From Gemmatimonadota bacterium (GTDB taxonomy: Bacteria > Gemmatimonadota > Gemmatimonadetes > Longimicrobiales > Gaopeijiaceae), in NCBI GenBank assembly GCA_039589315.1, contig JBDHHQ010000032.1, forward strand, positions 1 through 46,483: a stretch of 46,483 bases of DNA, read 5' to 3'. Position 1 is the first letter of the stretch. Every line of letters begins with the position of its first letter. Below the pieces are notes generated by a model that searched no databases, was not told the DNA's origin, and saw nothing but the letters and a program-made list of their open reading frames with translations. Made by a program: the position numbers and the translations under genes. Of this stretch, positions 18,273 through 28,570 are shown piece after piece.

Positions 18273-20512
18273 CTACGGGCCCTCACCCTGGGGAGCCTTC
18301 TCGGGGGACGGGCGCAACGCTGGCGAGGGACTCGCCGCTGGTGGCGGCTGGCCGCTCTGGGGAGCGCGCTCCGCCAGGTCCAACTCCTCGTCGCGATCGT
18401 GCAACTCGGCGATCCGCGTTTCCCATTCCCGCATCATGGCCACGAACGAGTTCGCCAGGTGCGGATTGAACTCACTCCCCGCACCCTCACGGATGTACTC
18501 GATGACCCTGGTTGCCTCCCAGGCCACCCTGTAGGGGCGGTGTGTCCTCAGAGCGTCGTACACGTCACATACGTGCACGAGGTCGCTGGCCGGATGGCAG
18601 GCCCTTTTGTGCTTCAGCTCAGGATAGCCCTCTCCGTTGAGCTTGATGTGGTGCTCGTAAGCCACCACGGCCGCCAGGTCCAGTTGCCTTTCGGTTTCGA
18701 GGAGAATCCGGGCTCCCTCGGTCGTGTGGCTGTTCATCACGGTACGCTCCTCCGGCGTCAGCTTCCCTGGCTTGTTCAGGATGTCGTCGGGCACCCTTGT
18801 CTTCCCCAGGTCGTGCAGGAGACCCGAGATGCCGAAGCTGCGGACTTCCTTGGGACCCAGACCGAGGTACTCGGCGAGGGCCGTGGCCAGAATGGACACG
18901 TTGAGCGCATGCGTGGTGGTGTACTCGTCTGACTTCTTCAGGCGAAGCAGCGGAATCATGAAGGCCTGTTCCCCGTGCATGGCTACGGAGAGTGACCGCA
19001 CGATGGCTTCGGCCTCCAGCAGATGCAGGTCGCCCCGGCTCCTCAGCTCGGCGTGGAGCCATTCGACGGTGTCTGCCTCTTCACGGAGCGTGAATGCCAG
19101 GCCTGCCGAGGCGGCCCGCTCGCCAGCCACGCCGTCGGCGTCCCCCGTGCCCGCGTCCACTCCGACAGCACCGTACCTGATGTTCGTCGGACGCGTCTGC
19201 CTGGCCTCGGCCGTATCCACAGACCCGGAAGCCAGAGCGCCCAGCGTCTCCTCCATGAACGCCCTGCCATTGCCGGGACCCGTGGCGTCCAGGACGTCCA
19301 GGAGCCCCGCCACCTCGCGTTGGCCAAACAGCTCGATGACGGCAGCGTGTACGGTCGCGCCCCATGCGTCCAGCTCAAGGGCCATCTCGGCGACCCGGAC
19401 CGCGCCGGATGTCTCGCGTCCCCGCGACTCACCGGCCAGGGCCGGGGCCGCCCCGGCCATAGAGTCGAGAACCAGGGTATACCGATTGGGATTCGGATCC
19501 TCCAGACTCCAGTCCTCGATCAAGTCCTCGACGTTCTCCTTGAGCGCGGCCTCTGCTTCGTCACGCGCTGCGCCAGTGTCCTCTTCCGCGTGCCATGCCA
19601 GCTTCTTCAACAGCCGGATCAAGAGCGTGGAGATGGTCTGGTCGGATGCCGTGGCAGCTGTCTGCAGGATCTTGACAACCGAGTCGACAGCAAGGCTCTG
19701 ACTGGCGTCCAGCAGGAACTTGCGGCGGCGGTCGAAGTCACCACCCATCTCCAGAAGGCGCTCCAACGTGTCCGGATCCAGGGCTTGTATCAGCTGCGAA
19801 ACCTGAGCCCTGATCGCGTCCGCCTCACCGCGCGGCCGGTGCTGGAGCACCTCGGTGAGCTTGAGCAGGTGTCCGACGACCTGCTCGTCGACGTCCGATC
19901 CGTGGCCGCGAATCTCCTTTGCCAGGCGCAGTGGGTCCGCGTCCCTGACGCCCACTTCATCCGTCTCGAGCGCGGTCTGAGCCAGTTGGAGCCAGAGATC
20001 TGTCGCCTGATCGGCGCTCCGGGCGTCGTCCTCCGAATCACCGCCACCATTCCCCTCACGGATCCTCAGCTGATCGTAGCCCACGGGGAACAGCCGAACA
20101 TGGGCCCAGCTCGGAAGCTCGTCCGACTCCACGAGCCCAATGGGCTCGAACCCCTGTTCCACATCATGGGAGAGGCGTTGCAGCAGCGCCTCAACCTGAG
20201 GTAGCGTGACACCCTGGTCGAAGCTGATCGCGCCCAGCTGGTGGTCATGCAGCCGGCCCGCTAGATCGCTGATCAGTGGGTGGTTGGGATCCGTGGCTGC
20301 CCCCTCGATCACGAGCTGGTTGTGGGCGACTCCGACGGTCAGTGCCTCTTGGCGTTGAAGGGCCTTGCGGAGGCGGGCGTGCACACCCTCGGCTACGTTT
20401 GCGAGGGACGGGTGGCCAGGGGGTTACATGGCATGACGGTGAACCCCAGACGACAACTCCAGCAGAAGCTCCATCGCTTCCGGAGCGAGCGCTACCTCGC
20501 TCCTGCGGTCAT
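18273..20512 (-). pseudogene. HD-GYP (c-di-GMP phosphodiesterase-like) gene with a disrupted 5' end
   Basis: C-terminal LLHDLGK and HHIKLNGEGYP are intact in the 18273-20384 frame. Upstream there is an in-frame TAA (20424-20426, HAM*PPGHPSL), and the RBS-preceded ATG at 20512 is out of frame. Confidence 0.7.
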
Positions 20513-20682
20513 TCTCCTCTCGAGTCTGGCTCACCGGGTCTCGGAACCTCGAGTGACGGCGTAACGATTCGGGCCCCGTCTCAGCGGCCGGAGCTCTGCG
20601 GAGGACTTCTCATCATACGGGACGTGCGGCGCCTCCGCGACAGGCCTTGAGCTCGAGGGTGCGGGCTGCTTTCTTCCGGGCC

Positions 20683-21075
20683 ATGGAGACTTTCGAGCCA
20701 GCCGCGACCCTGGTGCTCTTCGGGCACGACCCCGCGCCCGCCCGCGTCGTGGTGTTCGAGCGCAGCAGAGGGTGGCGAGTACGCCGGGCGATCGCATTCG
20801 CGGTCGCGGGCCTGGCGGTGGCACCGTTCGTTGCGCTCCTCCCACCTCACGCTCCCTGGGCGCTGGGAGCGCTTGCCTGCGGCGGCTTCTTCGCCTGGCG
20901 CAGTCTCAAGAGCCGGTTCGCCGTGGCCGAGCTCGAGGCACGGTGCCCGCGCTGCGAAGCACCGGCGGCGGTGCCCGCCGGATCTCGTCTCCGGCAACCC
21001 CACCCGATCCACTGCCAATTGTGTCACCACCAGCTGGTCCTGAAGGTGGACCCGGCCGCCTTTCGGTCGCTCTGA
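20683..21075 (+). CDS. small membrane protein with C-terminal zinc ribbon
   Basis: Two hydrophobic helices, then CPRC and CQLC. Confidence 0.7.
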   Translation: METFEPAATLVLFGHDPAPARVVVFERSRGWRVRRAIAFAVAGLAVAPFVALLPPHAPWALGALACGGFFAWRSLKSRFAVAELEARCPRCEAPAAVPAGSRLRQPHPIHCQLCHHQLVLKVDPAAFRSL

Positions 21076-21129
21076 CCTCGCGCCCGTAGTCCATGCGGGC
21101 CGGGACCGACCGGAGCGTCGGCTGCGGCC

Positions 21130-23679
21130 TCAGTCGGCGAGCTCCCTGAGCACCCTCAAGGGAGGTCGCGCCAGCACGCCTCGGCTCCCGATCAGGCCCG
21201 CGGTCAGGGCTAGCCCGATCACGCCGCCGACGAGAAGCGTCGCCGGCACCACGTGCAGGCGGAACTCCAGCTCGAAGAACCAGCTGATCAGAGACCACGA
21301 GGCCACCGTGGAGAGCAGGAGCGCTCCCGTGACGGCGAGCGCTCCCAACGCGGCGTATTCGATGGCCAGAATCCGGAACACGACGGCGCGCCGGGCCCCC
21401 AGGGTCTTGAGGATGGCTGCCTCCCGAGTTCGTTGGGAGCGCGTCACGGTCACGGCGCCCGCGAGGATCACCACACCGGCCAATCCCGCGAATATGGCCA
21501 GGAAGCGGATGGTCCGCCTCATGATGCCCAGGAGCGAGTCCAGCGCCTCCTGAACCTGAGCCAGGTCGAGCACGGACACGTTCTTGAAGCTCACGGCGAT
21601 GTCGCGCTGGAGCGCGGCCCGCTCGCTGACCCCCTCGACGCGTGCGAGAGTCACCCAGGTGTGCGGCGCCATCTCCACGACGCCTGGCTCGAACACCACG
21701 TAGAAGTTGGTGTCGAAACGGGCCCAGTCGACCTGGCGCAGGCTCCGGATCTCGGTCTCCAACTCCCTCCCCCCCAGGCTCCACGAGACCCGGTCTCCCA
21801 CTCCCACGCCGAGGGCGTCGGCCAATGACGTCTCCATCGAGATGCCGGACACGTCGTCCTGCGGGTCCCGCGCGTCGTCCGACCACCAGCTGCCGCCTAC
21901 CAGCTCCTCCGAGTCCTTGAGGTAGCTTCTGTACGTGTTTCGGTGCTCCCGGCGCAGCGCCCATCTGGACGGAGCCCCCTCCGTGGTATCGGCCATGAGC
22001 TCCGCCGAGCTCTGACCGTTCAGCGCCACGATGCGAGCGGGCACCAGGGGGGTGGACTGGGGAGGCGAGGTGGCGACCCGCGCCGCCGCTGCCTCTACGC
22101 CGAGGCGCTGATCGCTCTGGATATCGAAGAGCAGCACGTTGGGGGATCCCTCGGACCCGCCTAACGAGAACGCCTCGGAGAGGTTCCGCTCGACCTCAAC
22201 GATCGTGCCGACCACGAAGACGCCGAATCCGAGGGAGAGGACGACCGGCACCGTCTGATTGCGCGGCCGAAACAGGTTGGCCACGCCCTGACGCCACACG
22301 TACGACGCGTTGGCCGGGAAGAACCGGCGAACGGCCCGGGTCGCCACGACGGCCAACCCCCACAAGACGCCCACGACGCCTCCGAGACCGGCCGCGAGGG
22401 CCACACCCTGCAGCATCGTCGGCGCCTCGACCACCGCAAGCAGCAGGAGCGTGAGCGCCACGACCACGCGGGTGACCACGGTCAGACGGTCGGTGGGCGG
22501 ATGGGCGTCCTCGAAGTCGGCGCGAAGCGCCCGCAAGGGCGACACGTTGCGGACAGGCAGCAGGGGCCCCAACGCGAAGGCGACCGTGGTCCACAGCCCG
22601 ATGGCGAAGCCCAGGCCCACGGCCACCCACGAGATCCTGGGCGTGATATCCACAGGAAGCAGATCCGTGAGCAGCGCCGGCAGCGCGAGCTGGAGGATCA
22701 CTCCCACCAGCACACCGATGACCGACCCCACGAGCCCCATGGCGCCAGCCTGGATCACGTACGCCGTCATGACCCGGCGACGGGTGGCGCCGAGACACCG
22801 CAGGACCGCCACGTTGGTCAGCTTGGCGCGAACGAAGACGTGCACGGCGTTCGCCACGCCTACCGCACCGAGCAATACTGCAGCCAAGCCCACGATGCCC
22901 AGGAAGCGTGATAGCCCCTGGAGGCCCTCGCTCAGGTCCTCGGCCCGCCAGTCGGCCGTGGTGTAGCTCGTGCCGCCCGTCTGGATTAGTGTGCGGTACC
23001 GGCGGAACACGGCGTCCGGTGCGTCGTCGTCCGAAGTCGCCACGTACGCCTGGTACCGCGCCAGGCTCCCGAAGCGCAACAGATCGGCCTCTTCGAGGAC
23101 AGCCATGGGGACGAAGACGCGGGGACCCACCGCCGCCTGGAATCCCATCTCGGCGGGAAAGTCTACCACGGTGGCGGTGATGGGAATCGGCACCTCGCCC
23201 ACCAGCAGCGTGTCGCCGAGCCGGGCGTCGAGCTGGATGAGCACGGCCGGATCGACGAAGGCGCCCCGGTGATCCGACGCGGGAGGCCAGGCCCCGGGCG
23301 GGTCACTGCTCGGATGGCCGTAGAACGGCCACCCGCCGTCGACGCCCCGCACCTGGAACAGGCGGGCGGTCTGGGACCGGCTCGACAGCACCATCGAGGG
23401 GACGCTGACCACGGAGGCTGCGGTCGCTCCCTCGGCCACGAGCGAGTCCACGATGGCCCGGACGGAGTCGGGGAAGGGATCCCTCCTCGACATCCGTAGG
23501 TCGGCACCCAGGAGGCTCCGGGCCTCTGCGCGGATCGAGCGATCCGCATCCGCCCGGAATCCGTGCACGGCGACCAGGGCACCGACGCCCAGGGCCACGG
23601 CCATGGAGTACATCCAGGTCGACCGAATCGCACCGCGGCCCTCGCTCCAGGCCAGGCGAAGCACGAAGGGGAGCGTCAC
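21130..23679 (-). CDS. FtsX/MacB-like ABC permease (YbbP-like)
   Basis: Starts [11 protein letters not shown] at a GTG overlapping the ATPase stop; VAVLRCLGA and AAILKTLGA motifs; two TM clusters. Confidence 0.9.
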   Translation of the reverse strand: MTLPFVLRLAWSEGRGAIRSTWMYSMAVALGVGALVAVHGFRADADRSIRAEARSLLGADLRMSRRDPFPDSVRAIVDSLVAEGATAASVVSVPSMVLSSRSQTARLFQVRGVDGGWPFYGHPSSDPPGAWPPASDHRGAFVDPAVLIQLDARLGDTLLVGEVPIPITATVVDFPAEMGFQAAVGPRVFVPMAVLEEADLLRFGSLARYQAYVATSDDDAPDAVFRRYRTLIQTGGTSYTTADWRAEDLSEGLQGLSRFLGIVGLAAVLLGAVGVANAVHVFVRAKLTNVAVLRCLGATRRRVMTAYVIQAGAMGLVGSVIGVLVGVILQLALPALLTDLLPVDITPRISWVAVGLGFAIGLWTTVAFALGPLLPVRNVSPLRALRADFEDAHPPTDRLTVVTRVVVALTLLLLAVVEAPTMLQGVALAAGLGGVVGVLWGLAVVATRAVRRFFPANASYVWRQGVANLFRPRNQTVPVVLSLGFGVFVVGTIVEVERNLSEAFSLGGSEGSPNVLLFDIQSDQRLGVEAAAARVATSPPQSTPLVPARIVALNGQSSAELMADTTEGAPSRWALRREHRNTYRSYLKDSEELVGGSWWSDDARDPQDDVSGISMETSLADALGVGVGDRVSWSLGGRELETEIRSLRQVDWARFDTNFYVVFEPGVVEMAPHTWVTLARVEGVSERAALQRDIAVSFKNVSVLDLAQVQEALDSLLGIMRRTIRFLAIFAGLAGVVILAGAVTVTRSQRTREAAILKTLGARRAVVFRILAIEYAALGALAVTGALLLSTVASWSLISWFFELEFRLHVVPATLLVGGVIGLALTAGLIGSRGVLARPPLRVLRELAD

Positions 23680-24377
23680 CGTGCGCCGTTCCCGCTGTCC
23701 GAGACGATGCGGCCCTTCGCCAGCTGCACCACGCGACCGGCGCGATCGGCCAGTGTGGTGTCGTGCGTAACGAGCGCCAGGGTCGTGCGCTCGTTGTGAT
23801 TCAGCGCCTCCAACAGGTCCACCACCGCAGCTCCGGTCTCCCCGTCCAGGTTGCCCGTGGGCTCGTCCGCGAACAGGATGCGGGGCTGGTTGGCGAAGGC
23901 GCGGGCCAGGGCCACGCGCTGCTGCTCTCCACCGGACAGCTGCGCGGGATAGTGGCCGAGCCGGTCGGCCAACCCGACGCGAGCCAGGAGGTCCGCCGCC
24001 CTGTCCCGGGCGAGGGTGCCGTCCTCCAGCCGGCGGGTTCCCTGGAGCTCCAGCGGTACGAGGACGTTCTCGAGGGCGGTCAACGTTGGCAGGAGGTGAA
24101 AGGTCTGGAAGACGAATCCCACGTATCTCGCTCGAAACATCGCTCGGTCGTCTTCGGTAAGAGCCTGGAGGTCCTGGCCACCCAGACACACTCGTCCGGC
24201 GCTAGGTACGTCGAGGCCCGCGAGCAGTCCGAGCAGCGTCGTCTTGCCGCTCCCGGACGGACCCACGATGGCCACGGACGTCTCGGCTTCGACGGTGAGG
24301 TCAACGTCCTGCAGCACGTTGAGAGGCCGGCCGGCGCTCACGTATGTCTTGCCCAAACCCCGGGCTTCTATCTTCAT
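23676..24377 (-). CDS. ABC transporter ATP-binding protein (YbbA-like)
   Basis: [17 protein letters not shown] and [10 protein letters not shown]. Start ATG 24377. Confidence 0.93.
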   Translation of the reverse strand: MKIEARGLGKTYVSAGRPLNVLQDVDLTVEAETSVAIVGPSGSGKTTLLGLLAGLDVPSAGRVCLGGQDLQALTEDDRAMFRARYVGFVFQTFHLLPTLTALENVLVPLELQGTRRLEDGTLARDRAADLLARVGLADRLGHYPAQLSGGEQQRVALARAFANQPRILFADEPTGNLDGETGAAVVDLLEALNHNERTTLALVTHDTTLADRAGRVVQLAKGRIVSDSGNGAR

Positions 24378-25125
24378 GACCTTCGCCCTCCGCCCTGTTC
24401 TTCGCGCTGCGACGATCGCTCTGTGCGGCCTGGGCCTGGCCTGCCAGGCTGGCGACCCCGACGTGTTACGCCGCGACCTGGCCGAAGGTTCGACCCCGGA
24501 CACCACCGCTCGCCGAGCCCCCGCGGCGCCGGATTCGGACGACCGTGCCGCCGTGGTCTTTCTCGGCACCAGCCTCACCGCAGGGTTCGGGCTGGCCGAT
24601 CCGGCTCAGTCCTACCCCTCTTTGCTCCAGGACCGAATCGACGCGCAGGGACTGCCGTTCCGAGCCGTGAATGCCGGCGTGAGCGGTGATACGAGCGCCG
24701 GTGGGCTGCGGCGCCTCGAATGGCTCCTCCAGGAGCCCTTGTCGGTTCTCGTGCTGGAGCTGGGCGCGAACGACGGGCTCCGTGGACTCTCGGTGGACGA
24801 CCTCCGGGCGAACCTGTGGGCCGCCATCGAGGAGACCCGGACGCGGTACCCCGACGCCGCCGTGGTCGTGGTGGGCATGGAGGCGCCGCCCAACCTCGGG
24901 ACACGCTACGCGGACGCGTTCAGGGCCGTGTTCGCGGATGTCGCAGACGCATTCGACGCTGGGCTCGTGCCGTTCCTCCTCGACGGCGTTGCGGGTGTGC
25001 CCGAGATGAACCAGGACGATCGGATCCACCCGAATCCGGCCGGACACGAGCGAGTGGCGGACAACGTCTGGCGTGTGCTCGAGCCGGTGCTGCGCCGGAC
25101 GGCGGAAGCGGAGTCGATTCGTTGA
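24376..25125 (+). CDS. SGNH/GDSL arylesterase (TesA-like) lipoprotein
   Basis: Lipobox-like LGLAC, FLGTSLTAG, NAGVSGDTS, ELGANDG and DRIHPN; divergent from the ybbA-like gene, as for E. coli tesA. Confidence 0.9.
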   Translation: MTFALRPVLRAATIALCGLGLACQAGDPDVLRRDLAEGSTPDTTARRAPAAPDSDDRAAVVFLGTSLTAGFGLADPAQSYPSLLQDRIDAQGLPFRAVNAGVSGDTSAGGLRRLEWLLQEPLSVLVLELGANDGLRGLSVDDLRANLWAAIEETRTRYPDAAVVVVGMEAPPNLGTRYADAFRAVFADVADAFDAGLVPFLLDGVAGVPEMNQDDRIHPNPAGHERVADNVWRVLEPVLRRTAEAESIR

Positions 25126-25682
25126 GCCGCGTCGGCGGTTGGCTCCCCATCAGGCGAGTCCTGGCCGCCCTCTTCGGGATCGTGGCCGTGGCCGGGATCC
25201 TGTTTCTCGTGATCGGGCTCGTCCTGTCCGGCCGGTGGGAGGCGGAGCGCACCATCCACGTCTCTGCTCGGCCCGAGACCGTATTTCCCTACCTGGATTC
25301 GTTGGCACTCTGGGACGAGTGGACGGTGTGGAGCGAGGTCGAGTCCGAGCTGTCGGGGCCGGGCCGGGGCAGCGGTGCGCGGCGGACCTGGGACGACCCC
25401 CGATACGGGAAGGGTGTGTTCGAGCTGGTGGTCAGCTCACCCACTGTGGGAGTGCGATACCGCGTCGAGGTCGAGAACGGGGCGCTGACCGTGGACGGTG
25501 CCCTGGAGCTCTCTCCGGAGGGCGGCGGCACCAATCTCCACTGGATCGAGCGGGGGGACTTCGGCCGTAACCCGCTGATGGGCTACGTGGCGCGAACGGT
25601 GGGGCGCTCGCAGGGCGCAGAGCTGGAGAGGAGCCTCGCCCGGCTCAAGGCGATCATCGAAGCGAGGCCGCGCTCGGGCTAA
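25122..25682 (+). CDS. SRPBCC (polyketide cyclase/START-like) family protein
   Basis: N-terminal TM helix, ERTIHVSARPETVFPYL, WTVW and LERSLARLKAIIE; TTG start overlaps the esterase stop. Confidence 0.75.
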   Translation: MSRVGGWLPIRRVLAALFGIVAVAGILFLVIGLVLSGRWEAERTIHVSARPETVFPYLDSLALWDEWTVWSEVESELSGPGRGSGARRTWDDPRYGKGVFELVVSSPTVGVRYRVEVENGALTVDGALELSPEGGGTNLHWIERGDFGRNPLMGYVARTVGRSQGAELERSLARLKAIIEARPRSG

Positions 25683-26866
25683 CGGAGGCGCGCCTCCATC
25701 TTCTGCTTGGCCATGGCGATGAGATCTTCGTTCGACTCCGTCCGCTTCATGATCCCGATCAGCTCCAGCATGGCGTCGGCCGGGCTCACGTCTCCGAGCT
25801 GACGGCGCATGGCCCTGGAGAGCGTGAGGGCGTCTTCCGACAACAGAAGCTCTTCCTTACGCGTGGCAGAGGCAGCCAGGTCGATGGCCGGGAAGATCCT
25901 CCGATCCGCCAGCTCGCGGCTCAGGACGAGCTCACTGTTCCCCGTGCCCTTGAACTCCTCGAAGATCACCTGATCCATACGGGAGCCGGTATCGATGAGA
26001 GCCGTGGCGATGATGGTCAACGAGCCGCCGCCCTGACGCTCGTCGATCTTCCGGGCGCTTCCCAGGAACCGCTTCGGCTTCTCCAGCGACTGGGCGTCGA
26101 GTCCGCCGGTCAGCGTGCGGCCGCTGCCCTCTTCTGTGGTGTTGTACGATCTGGCGAGCCGGGTGATGGAGTCCAGGATGATCACCACGTCCTGTCCCGC
26201 TTCAACGCGGCGGCGCGCCCGCTCGAGCGTCATCTCGGCCACCTGGGTATGCCGCTCGGCCCCCCTGTCGAAGCTCGAGGCGACCACCTCGCCGTACCCG
26301 CACATCTCCATCTCGGTGATCTCCTCGGGACGCTCGTCCACCAGGAGAACGAAGAGGTGGCACTCGGGGTGGTTCTCGACGATACCCCCAGCCACGGATT
26401 GGAGGATCGTGGTCTTCCCGGCCTTGGCCGGCGCGACGATCATGGCCCGTTGCCCCTTGCCGAAGGGGCAGAACAGGTCGATCACGCGGTTGGTGTAGTC
26501 GGGCTGCCCCCGATGCGTGAGACCACACTCCAACCTCAACTGGCTGTCGGGGTGCATGGCCCCCATGCGGTTGAAATCAGGACGGCCGCGGCATCTTTCC
26601 GGCGGGAGTCCGTTGACGGTGGCCAGATGCGTGAGAGGCGGGCTCTTTCCGTTTCGGGGCTTCTTGCCGACCTGGCCTGCGAGCTCGTCGCCGGTGCGCA
26701 GGCCGAACTTCTGGATCAGCCGGGCTCCGACGTAGATGTCACCCTTGCTGGGGGTGTAGCCGGCATCCGCACGTCGGATGAAGCCAGATCCGCTGCCGAG
26801 GGCCTCGAGGACCCCCAAGGGTTTCGGGTCGTTCACTGAAGATGTCGTCTGGGTTGCTTGATCCAT
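25679..26866 (-). CDS. rho: transcription termination factor Rho (short form, probable paralog)
   Basis: GFIR-DIYV-LRTGD RNA-binding OB fold, GKGQRAMIVAPAKAGKT, LVDERPEE, LDSITRLAR and FEEFKGTGNSEL. Start ATG 26866. Confidence 0.93.
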   Translation of the reverse strand: MDQATQTTSSVNDPKPLGVLEALGSGSGFIRRADAGYTPSKGDIYVGARLIQKFGLRTGDELAGQVGKKPRNGKSPPLTHLATVNGLPPERCRGRPDFNRMGAMHPDSQLRLECGLTHRGQPDYTNRVIDLFCPFGKGQRAMIVAPAKAGKTTILQSVAGGIVENHPECHLFVLLVDERPEEITEMEMCGYGEVVASSFDRGAERHTQVAEMTLERARRRVEAGQDVVIILDSITRLARSYNTTEEGSGRTLTGGLDAQSLEKPKRFLGSARKIDERQGGGSLTIIATALIDTGSRMDQVIFEEFKGTGNSELVLSRELADRRIFPAIDLAASATRKEELLLSEDALTLSRAMRRQLGDVSPADAMLELIGIMKRTESNEDLIAMAKQKMEARLR

Positions 26867-27022
26867 CGATCCGGATCCACCGAGGCGGTCGTTCCGGGAG
26901 ACCCCGCACCCGCGCGTTCGAACTGTTCGACCGCGGATGGGAGAGCGATCAACAAAGTTCCCTGAGTCAGGGAGGGATGCCACGACGATCGAGACGGCCG
27001 GGCGTCCTGGGTCTATCACCAG

Positions 27023-27038
27023 TGCACACCCCGTGCCA
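27023..27038 (-). promoter_or_regulatory. candidate sigma-54 promoter for rho
   Basis: Minus strand reads TGGCACGGGGTGTGCA (perfect -24 TGGCACG, GG-N10-GC). Confidence 0.6.
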
Positions 27039-27298
27039 CAGCTGTCCGCGTCAAAGGGGGTTCTACGAATCCCACGAACCGCGGGCCGAGCATGCGGGGA
27101 CGGGTGTGATCGTCCAGGTATCGGACTCGGGAAGAATAACAGCCTCCGGTGCTCGCCGACAAGCCGGCACTCGACAGTCGTCCTGTGGCTGGCGCAACGC
27201 CCCTACCGGACCGCACCTTCCGTGCGTCCAAATGTCGGGATTCCAGGGGCGCCTTCCTGGAGCCGCCCAACCCTGCTCACGCCAACCTGGAGAAGACG

Positions 27299-28570
27299 AT
27301 GTCGAGCCGCCGAGCCTTCGTACGGGCATTCGCCACATCTGCGGCAGCCGCACCACTACTGTTGCACGTCGACGCCATCGAGGAAGCGTTCGGGCGGGCG
27401 ACCGAGGGACTGTCAGGCGCGGTGCTGGATCCGAAGGCGCTTCGCCAGCGGTACATGCTCGCGGACCATCTCTCGTACCTGAACCATGCGTCGATCGGCA
27501 CCGTGCCGCGGGCCGTGCACGAAGCCCGGGTAGAGCTCCAGGAGGCCTGCGAAGGCAATCCATGGCTCTATATCTTCGGCGGGGGCTGGGAGGACGCCAG
27601 GGAGGAGGTGCGGGCTCGGTCAGCCGCGTACATGGGCTGCCAGACCGGCGACGTGGCCATCACCCACAACACTACGGAAGGGTTCAACGTGCTCGCCCGG
27701 GGACTGCCGCTCGGCCCCGGCGACGAAGTGCTCTTCGCCTCGACCAATCACGACGGCGCCAGCGTTTGCTGGCGGCACGTAGCGCCTGAGCGAGGGTTCT
27801 CCGTCCGGACCTTCCCCTTCCCCGTCGCTGAGACGGAGGGCATGAGCGAGGCCGATGTGGTGGAGCTCTACGCGGAGCAGATTCGTCCGCAGACGAGAGC
27901 CCTCGTGTTCCCTCACATCGACAACATGGTCGGACTACGCCACCCTCTGCGGGCGCTGACGGCCCTGGCCCACGACCGGGGAGTCGAGTTCGTCCTGGTG
28001 GACGGAGCGCAGTCGGTAGGCATGATCCCGTTGGACCTCGAGGCCTCCGGAGTGGACGCCTACACAGCCAGTCCGCACAAGTGGCTTCAATCTCCCAAAG
28101 GATTGGGGTTGCTATTCTTACGCCAATCACTTCGTGCAAAGCTAAAACCTATGTGGGTCACTTGGGGTCAGGCCCGCTGGGCTGGCACCGTTCGGATCTT
28201 CGAGGACTACGGCACCAGAGACATGCCGGAGGTCGTGGCACTCGGTGACGCGATCCGCTTCCAGGAAGCCCTCGGCGCTGACGCCAAAGCCCGGGCATAC
28301 GAGAATCTGCGCCGCCGGCTCCAGGACATGGTCGAGGCGACCCCAGGGCTGCGGTGGCGCTCGCCGAGGCGGTGGGACCTGGGAGCTTCTCTGGTTGCCG
28401 TGGAGGTCGAGGGGCGGGACAGCGCCGAGGTGCGGGAGCGGGTCTACCGCGATCACGGCGTGGTGCTGCGGGCGTTCTCCGGACCCGAGCTGAACACCCT
28501 GCGGGTTTCCCCAAACGTAGTGAACACGGACGAGGAGCTCGAGACCCTCATCGGGCATCTGAAGGGCTGA
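27299..28570 (+). CDS. Tat-exported class V PLP enzyme (isopenicillin-N epimerase/cysteine desulfurase-like)
   Basis: MSSRRAFV twin-arginine motif, YLNHASIG, NTTEG, VDGAQ and SPHKW. Confidence 0.88.
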   Translation: MSSRRAFVRAFATSAAAAPLLLHVDAIEEAFGRATEGLSGAVLDPKALRQRYMLADHLSYLNHASIGTVPRAVHEARVELQEACEGNPWLYIFGGGWEDAREEVRARSAAYMGCQTGDVAITHNTTEGFNVLARGLPLGPGDEVLFASTNHDGASVCWRHVAPERGFSVRTFPFPVAETEGMSEADVVELYAEQIRPQTRALVFPHIDNMVGLRHPLRALTALAHDRGVEFVLVDGAQSVGMIPLDLEASGVDAYTASPHKWLQSPKGLGLLFLRQSLRAKLKPMWVTWGQARWAGTVRIFEDYGTRDMPEVVALGDAIRFQEALGADAKARAYENLRRRLQDMVEATPGLRWRSPRRWDLGASLVAVEVEGRDSAEVRERVYRDHGVVLRAFSGPELNTLRVSPNVVNTDEELETLIGHLKG

